A DNA stretch of 63,990 bases, the filler included, from Craspedostauros australis (Eukaryota), in the NCBI GenBank assembly GCA_030167865.1. It is 19 parts of 19 records of this genome, joined end to end, with 100 filler letters (N's around TTAATTAATTAA, not from the genome) between each part and the next. Parts side by side here need not be neighbours in the genome. Positions count along the whole stretch, not along the records: positions 58,524 to 61,309 come from JALAGF010000148.1; positions 61,410 to 62,520 come from JALAGF010000150.1; positions 62,621 to 63,990 come from JALAGF010000159.1; 16 more parts are not named here. The stretch is one strand, 5' to 3'. How positions within the stretch are numbered: position 1 is the stretch's first letter; every line of letters begins with the position of its first letter. The notes below the pieces were generated by a model. The model worked only from the letters and a program-made list of their open reading frames with translations. It did no database searches and had not been told where the DNA came from. Position numbers and translations under genes: made by a program. Shown here piece by piece: positions 60,823 through 63,990 of this stretch.

Positions 60823-62620
60823 TTGATGAAACGGAGTAATTGCCTACTTAAGTAGTGAGTACCAAGTATATCATCTAATCTCCTATAATCTCACAGTGTT
60901 AAGAAATCCACTTGGCGTAAATTCATAGTCCTTGTTTCACACAAATTGTGCTTCATTTCAAACTCTCCTACTGGGAAATAGCATGGAATTGGAAGGAAAC
61001 AATGGATTATGAGCTCAAGGCACGAGCCATTTACCTCTGATGTGGTCTATTAGCGCACGCTAAATCTCTAACAATAGCGACACCCGTCGACCAATCAGAA
61101 ATCTTCACTTTTCTTACCTTTTCCGTTCCGAACGGAAATTTTGGTCGANNNNNNNNNNNNNNNNNNNNNNNNNNNNNNNNNNNNNNNNNNNNNNNTTTTC
61201 CCTCAATCACAGATCCAAAAATGTCGTGGAAATTGATTTCTTGCCAAGATGAGCCAATCTGCCCAATCAGGACAGACTTGGATCTTGGGTGTGACACGTG
61301 CGAATCTTGNNNNNNNNNNNNNNNNNNNNNNNNNNNNNNNNNNNNNNNNNNNNTTAATTAATTAANNNNNNNNNNNNNNNNNNNNNNNNNNNNNNNNNNN
61401 NNNNNNNNNAATCGAGTGATTGCTTCTTGCAATGCCTGCCGCTCGGGAACAGTATTCCAATTAGGATTGACCATAACAACGATAGTAAGCAGTGGTCGAA
61501 CGCGTAGAGGAGCTGTGTGTGCGAAAGTGCGATGAACACAGACAAATCCAATGAGCAACGAGTATAGCATGGCATGTAGCATGGAGGGAACGCATCATGC
61601 AACATCAAAAAGGGAACAGATGATGTGTTGTGACACTCATGGCCAAAATGTGACGCCCTTCGGGAGCAGTCAAAGCGAACGTGTCTAAATTAGATACCCT
61701 AGAGATGGCGCGAACGCTTAATGACTCCAAGTAATCCAAGCAGNATTCTGTCACGCAACAGTCCTGTGCAGTTTCCGTCACTCGAGAGTCAATGTCGTAT
61801 GTGACACGTCGTCTGGGGGCCTCTGAGTGGAAATCGAAACAATGCGAAACCTCTCTAATGGTGAGAAATTCTTGTGTATTAGAGGCCTATCGCATTTCAC
61901 ATTCACACCCCTGTGTTGATGTCACATGTGGCACTCACGTTCGGATTTCACATTGGTACTCGTGACTAGTTCGTGACCTACTCAGAAAGACGATCAACAT
62001 GACTGAATCGGCTTCTCTTCTGTAGAATAGAGTTCGAGTTTAGGCTGTTATGATCTGAATGCTTCGTTGCAGGTTATCGCATCACTTGTTGAGACCAAAG
62101 GATGGTAGGATCGTTAATGGGTGTGCTCTGAGTTGCACGCAACGCCCATCCCTCTTTATCCTCTTAGGAGCTTCGTTTTGTGAGAGTTTCGCTGCCATCT
62201 CTTCTGTCTCAACTTTGCCACTAACAGAGGTCCAGTAACATATGCGCAAGCATTTTGTCCCTGATAATTCATGGCTTGTTCAAGGCTCTGTTGCCAATAT
62301 CGACGACAGAGACCTCTTGATCACCGTATCATGGAGATAGATNAGCAGTTTGTTGTCCAATAGAAGCTCTTCACGCAGTCTACACAGAACTATTGCGATT
62401 GCATGTTGGGTTGGTTGGAGACCACCAACGACTTCTGATATGGCAGTCAGGATCTCCAAAGGATGCAAAATGCGCGTTGGTAGAAGTCCCTGGTCGTATC
62501 TGACGACACTAGTCCTCAGANNNNNNNNNNNNNNNNNNNNNNNNNNNNNNNNNNNNNNNNNNNNTTAATTAATTAANNNNNNNNNNNNNNNNNNNNNNNN
62601 NNNNNNNNNNNNNNNNNNNN

Positions 62621-63162
62621 GGTCACCACCGCAAGAGCAGGATACAAGGCTCGATGCATTGATATCGCTCCTGGGAAACAAGAGCTTGTCATCTCTCGGA
62701 TACTCTGCCTTTGGGGGTCCTGGCATGTTTGAAGTTCCACCTGAGACCCTCTCGGCACAAACGGAAGCACTTCAGCAAGCCTTGGAGCAGACTACCCAAC
62801 TCACCTATCTCGATATTTATCTACTCCCGCCTGGCGAACATGGCCATGTGTACAATGTACTTGTTGAACGTACCTTGCGGCGGAACATGGTGAGAGCAAT
62901 GCCACGTTCCCTTCCAACATGGTCACGACCACTGGCCCTGTTTGGGGAGATGTTGATGAGCACAAACAAACGTCGGAGTAGACTTGATCCAATGGGTTCC
63001 ACGAACGAGACTTTTCACATTCTGCTGCAGTGCAGTGANATGTTGAAACAGACATGGGACGATCGTCGTGCCGATGAGCAACGGCAGAAGAAATCTCGCC
63101 GCAGCGACGGAGCTTCTGATTGGCGCTCGGTGTCCACAAAACAAAGAAAGGTGTGTCGATGA
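62621..63162 (+). CDS. 3' end of an unknown protein (possibly RNI/LRR-like diatom family)
   Basis: Open frame from the linker to the stop, with coding-like composition. No firm motif. Confidence 0.3.
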
Positions 63163-63462
63163 TTGATGCGATACTGTATCACCTTAAACAACTGTAGGAC
63201 AACTACTCTCGTCTATCTCCACTGACTGTAAGCGAGTCGAGTATGTCCATGCCCGTGCGCGTTCCTGGAAAGACCACAAAACTGATGCATCTGCGATGAC
63301 GAGAAACCAGCGTCAACACCAAAAAGCAACGAGAGTCACCATGATACTATAATACGATACTACTATTTGGAATACTCTATCTCCGACGATCGACATGGTT
63401 GACTTGCGGTCAACGAAAGTCAGAGGCGTCGGCAGCGAGAGTCGCAAAACAAAACTGATGTT

Positions 63463-63990
63463 TCAGCCAGCCAGCACAACGCCTGCTGCGATGCCACCGC
63501 CGATGATGAGGACAGCCACGATGACGACGGGGACCATGATGTTGCTCTTGGTCGGTTCTGGTTCCTGCAACGTCGGCGTTGTGGTGGTGGTGGCCGTCTG
63601 TGCCTCAATGTCGACGTAATGCATGCTTGTGGTGTTGCCGGTGTCCTGCTCGACCACGTTCTTCGGATCGAGATGGTTGCTGGATCCCTTGGAGGGTCCG
63701 ATGGATTCTTTTCGCGTGAGCTGCTTGACTGGTGGATCTTGGGTGATGGTTTGCGCCGGATCAGTTGTGGGNNTCATGGGAGTGATGGATATTTCGATGG
63801 AGTTGNTGCGCGAGACGAGCTGGGTGNGCATGTCCTCGTTGGTGTCGTTGGTCTCGTTGAGGAGGATGGCGGATGTGGAGATGTACGTTGACGCTGGGTC
63901 TTTGGCGGAAGGTGGATCCTCACCGTCCATGTCCATGTCCATGTCCATGTCCACATTGCTGTGGTTGGATTCCTTGGAAAGGGAGTTGGT
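63463..63990 (-). CDS. Fragment of a single-pass membrane protein
   Basis: Disordered region followed by TM IMVPVVIVAVLIIGGGIAAGVVLAG and an immediate stop, which may be premature. Confidence 0.35.
   Translation of the reverse strand, partial: TNSLSKESNHSNVDMDMDMDMDGEDPPSAKDPASTYISTSAILLNETNDTNEDMXTQLVSRXNSIEISITPMXPTTDPAQTITQDPPVKQLTRKESIGPSKGSSNHLDPKNVVEQDTGNTTSMHYVDIEAQTATTTTTPTLQEPEPTKSNIMVPVVIVAVLIIGGGIAAGVVLAG

Noticed and set aside
60755..60845. U1 snRNA (ATTGCAC loop) or hammerhead ribozyme (TGATGA/GAAAC) on the + strand
   Set aside because: No ACTTACCTG 5' end or Sm site for U1, and the hammerhead core elements are not in the required order around a stem II.
20664..62620. Regularly recurring TTAATTAATTAA flanked by Ns, superficially a repeat array
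   Set aside because: Identical 100-nt artificial scaffold spacers, not biological and not CRISPR.

Overview
Eukaryotic nuclear DNA, most likely from a diatom (GT-AG introns, DUF6824 protein, ASAFAP-type plastid presequence, CoDi-like copia elements). The window is not contiguous: 18 artificial 100-nt linkers (N44-TTAATTAATTAA-N44) join 19 separate scaffolds, so gene neighbourhoods only hold within a segment. Segment 1 (1-20663) carries a DUF6824/CRAL-TRIO-like gene, VPS28, a plastid-targeted ferredoxin-domain protein and an LRR membrane protein. It also carries a compact cluster of three GT61 glycosyltransferases and two FkbM methyltransferases (one disrupted), arranged as an inverted duplication. 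Segment 2 (20764-30912) carries an RFC small subunit, GOT1 and a 1571-aa bacterial-type AAA/STAND ATPase. The remaining short scaffolds hold a LINE with RNase H, LTRs, copia gag/IN/RT pieces and a Sola3-like transposase. They also hold gene fragments (CvfB-like, sugar transporter, ankyrin, EF-hand, FAAL) and a Cys-rich/PTSA-repeat surface protein. The best candidates for something new are the GT61+FkbM glycan-modification cluster and a shared palindromic motif that replaces the tRNA primer-binding site in two different copia elements. All family assignments come from motif recognition by eye; no database searches were run.
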